Made by a program: the position numbers and the translations under genes. This document shows, piece by piece, positions 9,722 to 18,649 of a stretch of 64,000 nucleotides of DNA (the first letter of the stretch is position 1; every line of letters starts with the position of its first letter). Origin of the DNA: Gammaproteobacteria bacterium (lineage in GTDB: Bacteria > Pseudomonadota > Gammaproteobacteria > JAJFKG01). The stretch covers positions 746,503 to 810,502 of the forward strand of contig OZ220716.1 in assembly GCA_965116795.1 (NCBI GenBank). Reading direction: 5' to 3'. The notes beneath the pieces are model-generated. The model had not been told where the DNA came from. It ran no database searches and saw only the letters and a list, made by a program, of their open reading frames with translations.

Positions 9722-10956
9722 TACGTTTATTTTTATTTCTGATTTTATTAGTTGGATCAGTATGGTTGGGTTTACAGATTTACGCTGATCCAGGCTATGC
9801 TCTGTTTACTTATCGTGGCTGGTCAGTAGAAATGCCACTATGGTTTGCATTATTTTTATTATTGATTGTGTTCATAGTGACATATAGTAGTATTCGATTA
9901 GTTATACGTACTAGTCGCTTATCTAAACGTTTACATGCAAAGAAACGTACTCGTCGTCTATTACGTGCACGTAAACAAACAAATCTAGGGTTAATTCAGT
10001 TACTAGAAGGTAATTGGCGTACTGCAGAAGCACATTTAATTCGTGCTGCTAAGGTTAATGATACACCACTGATTAACTATCTTGCTGCAGCACGTGCTGC
10101 GCAAGAACAAGGTGAACACGATAGGCGGGATGATTATTTGCGCCTAGCACATCAAGCAACACCAGAGGCAAAGATTGCAATTGGTCTTACTCAAGCTGAA
10201 TTGCAATTACATCATCAACAATTAGAACAAGCATTAGCAACCTTGCGTCACTTACAGACAATTGCACCGCATCATGGCTATATTTTAAAACTGTTAAAAA
10301 ATGTATATTGTCAATTAGGTGAGTGGCAGAATTTACGTACACTATTGCCAGAATTACATAAATATAAAATCTATCAAAAAGAAGAATTCCAACAATTGGA
10401 AAAATTAACATTTCAAGAATTATTAAAGCAATATATTACAACTCAGTCAGAAGAAAAGATACGTTATTTATGGGATGAAATGTCACGGGTGCTGCAGCGT
10501 GACCCGTATACATTAACTGTGTATTGTCAATACTTATTATGTCATGACTATGCTGATGAAGTTGAAATTTTGATACGTGAACAATTAAAACGAGACTGGG
10601 ATAATGAGTTAGTTAAATTATATGGTCAAATTAGTAGTACTCATTCTGAATCACAGTTGCTTGTTGCTGAAACATGGCTAAAAGGCAGAGAACGTAATCC
10701 AGAGTTGTTACTCTGCTTGGGTCGTATTTGTCGACGTGCCGAGTTGTGGAAGAAAGCCTGCGATTATTTAACAGTTTCTATTAACATCAAACCTAGTACA
10801 GATAATCACGGTGAATTAGCGCAATTGCTACTAGAAATGGGCGACGTTCAACAAGCATTAGAGCATTATCGACAAGGATTGCAATATCAGCAAGAAGCTG
10901 TTATGCCAGCTATATCTAAGCAAATTCATTGTGAAAGTGGATTAGCGCTACTTTAA
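9718..10956 (+). CDS. hemY: HemY family TPR protein
   Basis: DPGY N-terminal motif, EGNW..AE, TPR-like helices; ATGA overlap with hemX. Confidence 0.9.
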   Translation: MIRLFLFLILLVGSVWLGLQIYADPGYALFTYRGWSVEMPLWFALFLLLIVFIVTYSSIRLVIRTSRLSKRLHAKKRTRRLLRARKQTNLGLIQLLEGNWRTAEAHLIRAAKVNDTPLINYLAAARAAQEQGEHDRRDDYLRLAHQATPEAKIAIGLTQAELQLHHQQLEQALATLRHLQTIAPHHGYILKLLKNVYCQLGEWQNLRTLLPELHKYKIYQKEEFQQLEKLTFQELLKQYITTQSEEKIRYLWDEMSRVLQRDPYTLTVYCQYLLCHDYADEVEILIREQLKRDWDNELVKLYGQISSTHSESQLLVAETWLKGRERNPELLLCLGRICRRAELWKKACDYLTVSINIKPSTDNHGELAQLLLEMGDVQQALEHYRQGLQYQQEAVMPAISKQIHCESGLALL

Positions 10957-10993
10957 AAGTGCTGAAGTAATTCAATCAATCTTTATTTTCTGT

Positions 10994-11638
10994 TTAATGC
11001 TCATTATATACTAACCGAATAGTAAAGCTCATCGGTTGTTGTACTTGATTAGGTGATAATGTCATTGGTGATGCAGCTGTTAGCGTGTGTTGTGCTGCTT
11101 GATCAAGCAAGCTATTACCACTCGATTGTACGATATTAATGTCTTGGATCTTTCCAGTTGGTAATAATTGAAATTGCAACCATACCGTGCCAGTTTGTTT
11201 ACGTGCGGCTGCTAATGGTGGATAAAAATGATATTGTTGAATGTGGTTATGAATTAAAGTAAGCAATTCTGAATTACCTTGTTCAGTTAACTGACCACTG
11301 CCTGCAGTTGTATTGGTTGTCGCATTAGTAGTTTGCTTGTTTTTGTAATTGGTAGTGGCTGTTGTTTTAATTGATATTGATGATGGTGTGATTTTTGGTG
11401 TATGTGTTGGATTTAATTTGTGAAGTGTATGTGTGGTGCGTGTATTACTGCCTTTTACATGACGATGTAATGCTGTCCATGGAAATAAATAAGAATGAAT
11501 AAGATGTACATGAGGTGTTCCAGCACGCTGACTATTTTGATGTATAAAATTTAAAAATGTTAAGAATAGTATCCAATGCAATGCGATTGCGAGCAATAAA
11601 CAAATAGCCAAACCTTTTTTTTGTTGCCAGTGTATCAT
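10994..11638 (-). CDS. tonB: TonB family energy transducer
   Basis: TM with conserved His (ALHW), Thr/Pro linker, TonB_C motifs YP..A...G.V, SSG..LLD.AA; start refined to ATG overlapping the receptor stop. Confidence 0.85.
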   Translation of the reverse strand: MIHWQQKKGLAICLLLAIALHWILFLTFLNFIHQNSQRAGTPHVHLIHSYLFPWTALHRHVKGSNTRTTHTLHKLNPTHTPKITPSSISIKTTATTNYKNKQTTNATTNTTAGSGQLTEQGNSELLTLIHNHIQQYHFYPPLAAARKQTGTVWLQFQLLPTGKIQDINIVQSSGNSLLDQAAQHTLTAASPMTLSPNQVQQPMSFTIRLVYNEH

Positions 11639-13584
11639 AGGAATCGATAATGTATAGTTAATAAAAAATTTCGTCTTGGCGCTGGGTAATAACCCAGTGA
11701 TGATGCCCAAGGTTGAAATACGACATAATTGTAATATTTCTTATTAGTAATGTTATTAATACGGCTTGTTACTCCAAATCCTTTGTATTGATAATGGATT
11801 GCTGCATTATATATAGTATAGCCGCCGATTAGATGTTTATTCTCATCATCGCCCGCTGCAAACATTTTTCCAGTAAAAATAGTTTCTGCTAATAATTGCC
11901 AATGAGTAAATAAATGATAATTGGCTGATATACGTGCCATATTTTTGGCAACGAATGGGATCTGCTTGCCTGAAAAAGGGCCACTGGAATAGTGACCATC
12001 GGTATACGTATAATTACCGTTTAGTGTTAATCGTGGGATCACATTTAATCTACTATCCAATAACAATCCACGACGACGAGTTGGGTCGAGATTACGGTTT
12101 GTTGCTATTCCATGACGATTATGATCTGGTGGCATATATGCAATTTCGTTACGCAAATTAAGTTGATAAACTGCAGCACTGAGTTGATATTGTGTCGATT
12201 GCCAACGAACCCCAATTTCATAGGAAACGCCAGTTTGTGTTTTCAGGGCGTTAATCTGATTAGGATGTATATTGTTTTGTTCATCTACTTTTGGAAAGCG
12301 ATAATTACCACTGCGACGAACATAACCAGTTAATTGTGGAATAAATTGATACTGTAAGCCTAACTCAGATACCCATGCGTTGTTATCAAATTGTTTCCCA
12401 TTAAGTTTTCCTTGTAGCCATGCACCACGTGTACCAATGATTGTCTGCAAATGTTGCCCAATCGGTAATTGTAATTGGGTATAAACTGATTGCTTAGCTT
12501 GTTTATCATTGATGTTATATTGGTTATGTGGGGTTGTGTTGAGTGAATAACAATCATGTTCGAAATTGGCACCAAATCGCCAAGTCAGCGGCCGTTTAAA
12601 TAACCGATAATGCGCAATTAACAATGGATTTATTTGCATACTATTACGCGATTGAGTTAATTCAAATGTGGTATATGTGCTGTCTCCATGCGTCCACCAT
12701 TGCGATAAATCGGTTTGTAGTGACCAGTGTGGGGTTAGCCAATGTTCAAATCCACCGGTTAAGATAGTGCTAGTATCGTCTGCAAAATCATGTTTTCTAT
12801 CAGGATCAACACCGCGACGATCAGTATTGAGTTGTTTTTTGGTTACACTCCCTGGCAAATTAACATCATGTTGACGATATTGCCCTTGAATAAATGCAGA
12901 GCCACGATCGTAACGATAACCAAGCCGTAACGAACTACCACCAGTATCTAATTGATTATGTTTGCGATAGTTATTACTAACATGCTTGTCACTGTCGACT
13001 TGTATGTTTATACCATTGCTAAACATATTTGCTGCACTTGCATATGCATCAATTGTTTGATAGCTACCATATTGTAATGACGTTTTGCCAGCTAATTTGT
13101 CTGCTTGTTGAGTAATAATGTTAATAACACCGCCAACGGCTTGATCACCATATAATACGCCAGCACTGGCTGGGAAAATTTCAATACGTTGTATACTAGC
13201 TAATGGAATCGTACTTAAGTCAGCTCCTGCCATATCTGGGTTAGTTAAACGTCTGCCGTCGACTAGGATTAACGTATTTTGTGTAGCATTACTGCCAAAA
13301 CCACGCATACTAATGGTTGCTCGTTGCAGGTCATTACTGCTCGTATAAACGCGTAAGCCAGGTTGGCCATTAAGTAATTGTACTAAGCTGCTAGCACCGC
13401 TGTTATTAATTTGAGTTCTATTAATGATGGTTGTATTTGCTAATTCAGTTAGTACTGTTGTTGATTGTTGTGGTGCAGTAACGATTACATCAGGTACAGG
13501 TATCGGTGTTGCTGTTGCAGCAAACGTTGCATGAACTGATAATAATAAAATAAAAGTAATAACGTAATAGTACTTACTATGCAC
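11635..13584 (-). CDS. btuB: TonB-dependent receptor, probable cobalamin receptor (BtuB-like)
   Basis: Signal peptide, TonB box (DVIVTA), plug motifs SMRGF, LILVDG, IQRIEI...LYG..AVGGVINIIT; C-terminal beta strand; upstream B12 riboswitch. Confidence 0.8.
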   Translation of the reverse strand: MHSKYYYVITFILLLSVHATFAATATPIPVPDVIVTAPQQSTTVLTELANTTIINRTQINNSGASSLVQLLNGQPGLRVYTSSNDLQRATISMRGFGSNATQNTLILVDGRRLTNPDMAGADLSTIPLASIQRIEIFPASAGVLYGDQAVGGVINIITQQADKLAGKTSLQYGSYQTIDAYASAANMFSNGINIQVDSDKHVSNNYRKHNQLDTGGSSLRLGYRYDRGSAFIQGQYRQHDVNLPGSVTKKQLNTDRRGVDPDRKHDFADDTSTILTGGFEHWLTPHWSLQTDLSQWWTHGDSTYTTFELTQSRNSMQINPLLIAHYRLFKRPLTWRFGANFEHDCYSLNTTPHNQYNINDKQAKQSVYTQLQLPIGQHLQTIIGTRGAWLQGKLNGKQFDNNAWVSELGLQYQFIPQLTGYVRRSGNYRFPKVDEQNNIHPNQINALKTQTGVSYEIGVRWQSTQYQLSAAVYQLNLRNEIAYMPPDHNRHGIATNRNLDPTRRRGLLLDSRLNVIPRLTLNGNYTYTDGHYSSGPFSGKQIPFVAKNMARISANYHLFTHWQLLAETIFTGKMFAAGDDENKHLIGGYTIYNAAIHYQYKGFGVTSRINNITNKKYYNYVVFQPWASSLGYYPAPRRNFLLTIHYRFL

Positions 13585-13683
13585 TAGCTAAGCCCTCCGC
13601 AAAGCGTTTATGAAACATAACAGTCTGCTACTGTATGTTGAGTTAGTCTTTAAAATTCAACATTCATTGCAGATGTGAGACTA

Positions 13684-13945
13684 TGCGGATAGGTCTCCGG
13701 GCTTATAAGTAGCACTATACTTTTTAAGTATTCATCAAATTGCACATTAACCAATTCCTTCCCATACAATAAAACACAGTGGCTAATTTGGCTAATGCTG
13801 TATTAAACAATAATACAGATCCTTATTTACCGTTGCGGGGGCAGCGTTGGCTTTATAGGCTTTGGGTTAATACGCAAAGCCACCAACTTCCCTACATCAT
13901 CAAATTACTATTATCGATAATGTGCTAGTTCAATAGCATCCGACG
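13684..13945 (-). promoter_or_regulatory. Cobalamin (B12) riboswitch
   Basis: Minus strand has AGGGAA-GTTGGTG, GCTGCCCCCGCAACGGTAA, GCCACTG, GGGAAG and the B12 box AAGCCCGGAGACC in canonical order upstream of the receptor; boundaries approximate. Confidence 0.92.
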
Positions 13946-13989
13946 GCAGGCACTCTAGATCAGAGTCTAATGACTGTCAAATTGGTAAT

Positions 13990-14042
13990 GTAATGATTGG
14001 CTGAATAGTTACAATTTGAGTAGCTATTCAGTCGATCTTTAC
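13990..14042. repeat. Inverted pair of a 23-bp repeat (family E)
   Basis: GTAATGATTGGCTGAATAGTTAC (13990-14012) and reverse-complement GTAAAGATCGACTGAATAGCTAC (14020-14042); related copies at 41523 and 56595. Confidence 0.65.
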
Positions 14043-14043
14043 G

Positions 14044-14179
14044 TTACCAAAAAACGTCAGCTTTGAGTGGAGGTTGTCAGAAAATGTAAATAAAAAAGCG
14101 CAGTGTATTAGGCATACATGAGCACTTTTTATTTACATTTTCTGACAAGATCCGCCAAAGATGGCGTTTTCCTTAGTAG
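14044..14179 (+). repeat. RPE-like palindromic element, family B
   Basis: Long hairpin TTGTCAGAAAATGTAAATAAAAA / TTTTTATTTACATTTTCTGACAA with core GCAGTGTAT-loop-ATACATGAGC; end fragments recur at 18456, 42811 and 53971. Confidence 0.85.
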
Positions 14180-14311
14180 TGCCTAAGTAGTTACCTCAAA
14201 TTGACTATATTGATATACCTATAAGTGGAATGAGAATTGCATATTGCTCCGGACTCAAATAATACCCAACTGCATGGATCTGAATTAATTAACTGTAAGG
14301 CAAGTAAGCTG

Positions 14312-14740
14312 ATGATTACCCTAGAAAAAATTTTAATTCTCAAAAGTGTTGATCTGTTTAAAGAAACACCTGACGAATTATTGACAGATATTGCTAATGT
14401 GCTGCATATGCGTACAGCTAGTCGTGATGAAACAATTATCCATGCTGATGAACCAGGTAACTCAATGTTTATTATTGTTGAAGGTAAAGTACGTGTACAT
14501 CGAGGTAAGCAAACGTTAGCAACATTAGGTGTACACGATGTATTTGGTGAATTATCTGCACTCGATCCTGAACCACGTGTTGCTTCTGTATCTGCGTTGG
14601 AAGATGTATTGTTATTTGTGATTAGACGTGAAGAATTGTATGAAATCATGAGTCTTAATGTTGGCATTACACGTGGGATCATCAAAGTATTATGTAATCG
14701 TATTCGTTCAATTTCCAAGCAATTAATGGTCATGAAGTAA
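14312..14740 (+). CDS. Stand-alone cyclic nucleotide-binding domain protein
   Basis: LKSVDLF, MFIIVEGKV, FGELSALDPEPRVASV phosphate-binding cassette; no HTH; start refined to ATG 14312. Confidence 0.9.
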   Translation: MITLEKILILKSVDLFKETPDELLTDIANVLHMRTASRDETIIHADEPGNSMFIIVEGKVRVHRGKQTLATLGVHDVFGELSALDPEPRVASVSALEDVLLFVIRREELYEIMSLNVGITRGIIKVLCNRIRSISKQLMVMK

Positions 14741-14741
14741 G

Positions 14742-17567
14742 ATGCAATTAGAAGATCCTGACTTATCATCTCATATATCACATCAGCAGCATAAATCGAT
14801 TGCGCACAGTAAGAGAATTGCAGTCTGTATTGCTAATGGAACATTGTCTGGTTTTAATCAGACATTATTGCTCATTTTACCTATTGCTATCTTCTTGCCA
14901 ATATTTAGCATTAATACGTTGCCATTTGTTTATGTAAGCATAATACTCATTAATTTCATTTTACATAAAGCACATGGAAAATTTAGCAAACATATTAGTT
15001 CAGCAAAGCCAACATTTTTCTACAGTATTTTAAGTGCTTTGCTTATTTTGGCACTGTGGTGGGATTTAGTTTATTACACTCATTTGTGGGCGAGTTTTGC
15101 GTTGTTAATTGTATCAATCCCATTGATTAGCCTTAGTAACTTACAATTAAATGAATTAAATCGTTCATTATTACTGAATAACATGTATAGCATCCATCGT
15201 GCTGTCAATATTTGTCAGCTGGCAGCTATTGGGGTAGGTGGACTTATAGTTCCATTATTAGTGCTAACTTTTGGGGTGATTAACAGTTTATTAGTATTGT
15301 GCGTTAGCTTGTTGGCTCATAGTTTCTTTGTTTGCTTCTCACCAAAAATTTCTTTTAAAGCAGATGAAGATATCGTTAAAAGCCATTTTGATCACCATGG
15401 GTCGCGTGCACTTACCATTTATATCATGAAGCTCATTGCTTATTCTGGAATGGGTGTATTTTGTTTTTACTTTATTAATATATTGTTTAATTCTATTGTG
15501 AAAGCAGAATTTATTTATCCAGATAATATCGCTATATTCTTGGGAGGATTTTTTTCTTTAATTGGCTTTGCATCATTGGCATTACACGTTTTTATCAATA
15601 AGTATTTAGTCAATCGTTTAGGGATCGCTATTTTATTAAATTTATGGCCTATTTTAATTATTGCTTGCAGTGCGATAATTATTGTGTTTATGCCTACTGC
15701 TTATATTATCGTTCCAGCAATTATCAGTTTGCAATTCATTGATGAAATGTTAAGAAGAGGTACACTAAGCGAGATCCAAAGCTTGATTTACCAACCACTC
15801 TCTCCAGATGATCGAAGTTGGCTTGAAAATGACGTTAGGCCTGTTGTACGACTTATCGTAGGATTTATCGCTAGTATGTTGATTCTTGTCTTAGACGCTA
15901 ATTATGGAATGAATATTACCATGCTTATTACTGGTGTAATTATTGTTTCTGCCGCAATGTTATATTTAATTCCAAGCATTAAAAAATTATATACCCTAAA
16001 TTTAGTAAAGGCGCTGGGCAAACATCATTTAATTTCTCCTGATTTTACTATTCTTGATAAAACTAGTCTTAATATATTGAAGTCAGGACTTAAAAGTACA
16101 CACACTGAGGTAGCCTTGTATAGTTTAGATGTGCTTGAAAAAACTAATGCACGGTTTTTACCGGAAGCAATTGAATACTGTTTACATCATGACAGAAGTG
16201 TTATACGAAAACGTGCACTTAATAAAGTGCGAAAACATAATTTTTTTCATTTGCGTAATGATGTGATTCGTTGTGCTCAAGATGATATTAGCGCAGATGT
16301 TCGGGGAGAAGCATTAATTACGTTAGGTACAATCGTTGGTGCAGGTGCAATTCCAATGATAAAACGCTATACAGATAGTGATGAACCTGCTATACGTTCG
16401 AGTGCGATTATTAGTCTATTACAATCTTGTGGAACAGATGGTGCGTTGCTGGCTTCAGATAAATTACATGCAATGGTTGAATATCCACTGCCAAGCGAAC
16501 GTATATTGGCTGCTAAAATATTATTAGCTATTGATATTCGTGAATTTCATAATGCACTTAAAAAATTGCTACATGACGATAATAATGAAGTGCGTAAGGC
16601 TGCATTAGAAGTGGCAAGTAAAGTCCCAGATCCAGAAATTATTAATACATTAATTGATTGTCTTAATTATCCACAATTGCGAGTGACAGCAATACGAACA
16701 CTTAGCAAATTTAATAAGTTAGTTATTCCTAAATTAGCTGTTGCATTGGAAGAAAGTGAAAGTGTTCCAGATGTATTTAGAAGTATTACTATTGTGTTAA
16801 GTCAAATTGATTCGCCGATGTCTCGTGATCTCCTGTACCACTATATCGATAATTCCAATGCAAAATTACGACATAGCTGTTTGGCAGCGCTACATCAGTA
16901 TCATTTTAAAGCAACTAGTGATGCAGTTAATACAAAAATAAATAGTCTATTGAAAATGGAGGCATCAATTTGTATTGAAATATTAGAAACACTGGCTGAT
17001 ATTGAAAAGTCTAATGCAACATTTTTATTAATTAACTTATTAGAATCACAGTTTAAGCAGCAGCAAGAAAATATAATCTATTTGTTATCATTCCATTATC
17101 CGGAAAAAGGTATTATGCGTGCATGGGATAATTTGCAGTCTAGTGATAAAAAGACTTCTGAATATGGTATTGAATTGTTGGAGGGTTTGTTAACAGTTTC
17201 ACATAAAATGTTGTTGATTCCGTTGCTTGAAAATAAGACGGTCTCTGAGAGAATTCAACGATTGCCACAATCACAAATGCATCAACAACAAGGTATGCCT
17301 AGTAGATTGCGTTATATTCTGCAAAGGAATACATATTTTAATCCATTAATTCAAGCCAGTGCATTGTATGCGGCGACCTACATGAAGTTGAATGATATAG
17401 TGAGAATTGCTGAAGAAAAAATACAGAATCCAAATCCAATTATTCGTGAAACGGCATTATGGACGTTATGGTTTTGTCGTCATATTAACTTTGCACAGCA
17501 TGCAAAACGTTTATTAACCGACCCACATCCTACTGTAGCTAATGTAGCCAAAATACTTATGCGTTAG
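14742..17567 (+). CDS. MFS/NTT(TLC)-like membrane domain fused to HEAT repeats
   Basis: About 10-12 hydrophobic segments in the first ~410 aa ending in IYQPL..DDR, then HEAT repeats (D...DVRGEA, D...EVRKAA, P.IRETALW). Confidence 0.75.
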   Translation: MQLEDPDLSSHISHQQHKSIAHSKRIAVCIANGTLSGFNQTLLLILPIAIFLPIFSINTLPFVYVSIILINFILHKAHGKFSKHISSAKPTFFYSILSALLILALWWDLVYYTHLWASFALLIVSIPLISLSNLQLNELNRSLLLNNMYSIHRAVNICQLAAIGVGGLIVPLLVLTFGVINSLLVLCVSLLAHSFFVCFSPKISFKADEDIVKSHFDHHGSRALTIYIMKLIAYSGMGVFCFYFINILFNSIVKAEFIYPDNIAIFLGGFFSLIGFASLALHVFINKYLVNRLGIAILLNLWPILIIACSAIIIVFMPTAYIIVPAIISLQFIDEMLRRGTLSEIQSLIYQPLSPDDRSWLENDVRPVVRLIVGFIASMLILVLDANYGMNITMLITGVIIVSAAMLYLIPSIKKLYTLNLVKALGKHHLISPDFTILDKTSLNILKSGLKSTHTEVALYSLDVLEKTNARFLPEAIEYCLHHDRSVIRKRALNKVRKHNFFHLRNDVIRCAQDDISADVRGEALITLGTIVGAGAIPMIKRYTDSDEPAIRSSAIISLLQSCGTDGALLASDKLHAMVEYPLPSERILAAKILLAIDIREFHNALKKLLHDDNNEVRKAALEVASKVPDPEIINTLIDCLNYPQLRVTAIRTLSKFNKLVIPKLAVALEESESVPDVFRSITIVLSQIDSPMSRDLLYHYIDNSNAKLRHSCLAALHQYHFKATSDAVNTKINSLLKMEASICIEILETLADIEKSNATFLLINLLESQFKQQQENIIYLLSFHYPEKGIMRAWDNLQSSDKKTSEYGIELLEGLLTVSHKMLLIPLLENKTVSERIQRLPQSQMHQQQGMPSRLRYILQRNTYFNPLIQASALYAATYMKLNDIVRIAEEKIQNPNPIIRETALWTLWFCRHINFAQHAKRLLTDPHPTVANVAKILMR

Positions 17568-17811
17568 TATTCTTTTTACTGTTAATTCAAGCGTTAAATT
17601 TAGTTTTAAGTAATAAGCTTAAATAGTTAAATGTTAGTTTACTCATAGCCAAATTCATAATATATATTTCTATTGCGGAATCCAACTAAGCCAGGTAGGG
17701 TATATACTTCGTTGCAGCTCAAATAGTTCGTCGCTTCTATTTGTGACATTTTTAAATGCAATCAGTATAATGCTATTATCAATGCAAGTGCTTAGGGGGT
17801 TTGACAAAATA

Positions 17812-18444
17812 ATGAGAATAACAAATAGATTTTGGGTGATTAAGTTAAGTTGCATATTCATCTTTTTTGTAATCCACTTAACAAGTTGTAGTACACCACC
17901 AAAGCCAACCAATGTTGATAATATATGCGCTATTTTTTCTCAATATCCAGATTGGTATTGGGCAGCGCTTAAGTCTGAACGACGTTGGGGTGTGCCTATT
18001 GCTGTACAAATGTCGATTATGCGACAAGAGTCTTCTTTTAATGGGAAAGCAAAACCGTCGCGCACTAAATTATTTGGTGTGGTTCCGTGGTTTCGCAAGT
18101 CAGATGCGTATGGCTATGCACAAGTAAAAGATGCCACATGGGCAGAATATAAAGAAAGTGCTGGCGGAATATTTTCATCGCGTTCAACATTTAAAGATGC
18201 CATCGATTTTATTGGTTGGTATGCTAACAATGCAAATCGCCGCGCGGGTATTTCTAAGTCAGATGCATATCGTCTATACCTGGCTTATCATGAAGGTATT
18301 GGTGGTTATCAACGTGGGACTTACCGAGGTAAGCAATGGTTAATTCGAGTATCTAAACATGTTGCTGTACGTGCTGCTATATGGCGTCGCCAGTTACAAG
18401 GTTGCCAGAACAACATTCATAAATCTTGGTACGATTTCTTTTAA
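17812..18444 (+). CDS. SLT-like transglycosylase domain lipoprotein
   Basis: Lipobox LTSC, QESSF, AYGYAQ, LYLAYHEG.GGY. Confidence 0.85.
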   Translation: MRITNRFWVIKLSCIFIFFVIHLTSCSTPPKPTNVDNICAIFSQYPDWYWAALKSERRWGVPIAVQMSIMRQESSFNGKAKPSRTKLFGVVPWFRKSDAYGYAQVKDATWAEYKESAGGIFSSRSTFKDAIDFIGWYANNANRRAGISKSDAYRLYLAYHEGIGGYQRGTYRGKQWLIRVSKHVAVRAAIWRRQLQGCQNNIHKSWYDFF

Positions 18445-18455
18445 CGGCTCAGTTA

Positions 18456-18568
18456 CTATTAAGGGAAAGGCCATCTTTGGCAGATCTTGCCAGAAAATAT
18501 CAGCAAAAAGCTTGTCCCAGGCTTGAACTGGGATGCTTTGCAGACCAATTCAACTGCTGAATCTAGGT
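18456..18568 (+). repeat. Composite repeat: family B end + REP-like hairpin + family D end
   Basis: CTATTAAGGGAAAGGCCATCTTTGGCAGATCTTGCCAGAAAAT (B), TCCCAGGCTTGAACTGGGA, CAGACCAATTCAACTGCTGAATCTAGGT (D). Confidence 0.7.
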
Positions 18569-18649
18569 TGAATGTTCAATGTTACATTATTATAAAAATA
18601 CCGCTATGCTTAATCTTATTAACTGTTTCTCATTTGGGAGTGTCTTTGA

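Noticed and set aside
14191-14781. 196-aa minus-strand ORF
   Set aside because: Antisense shadow of the cNMP-binding gene with no recognisable motifs
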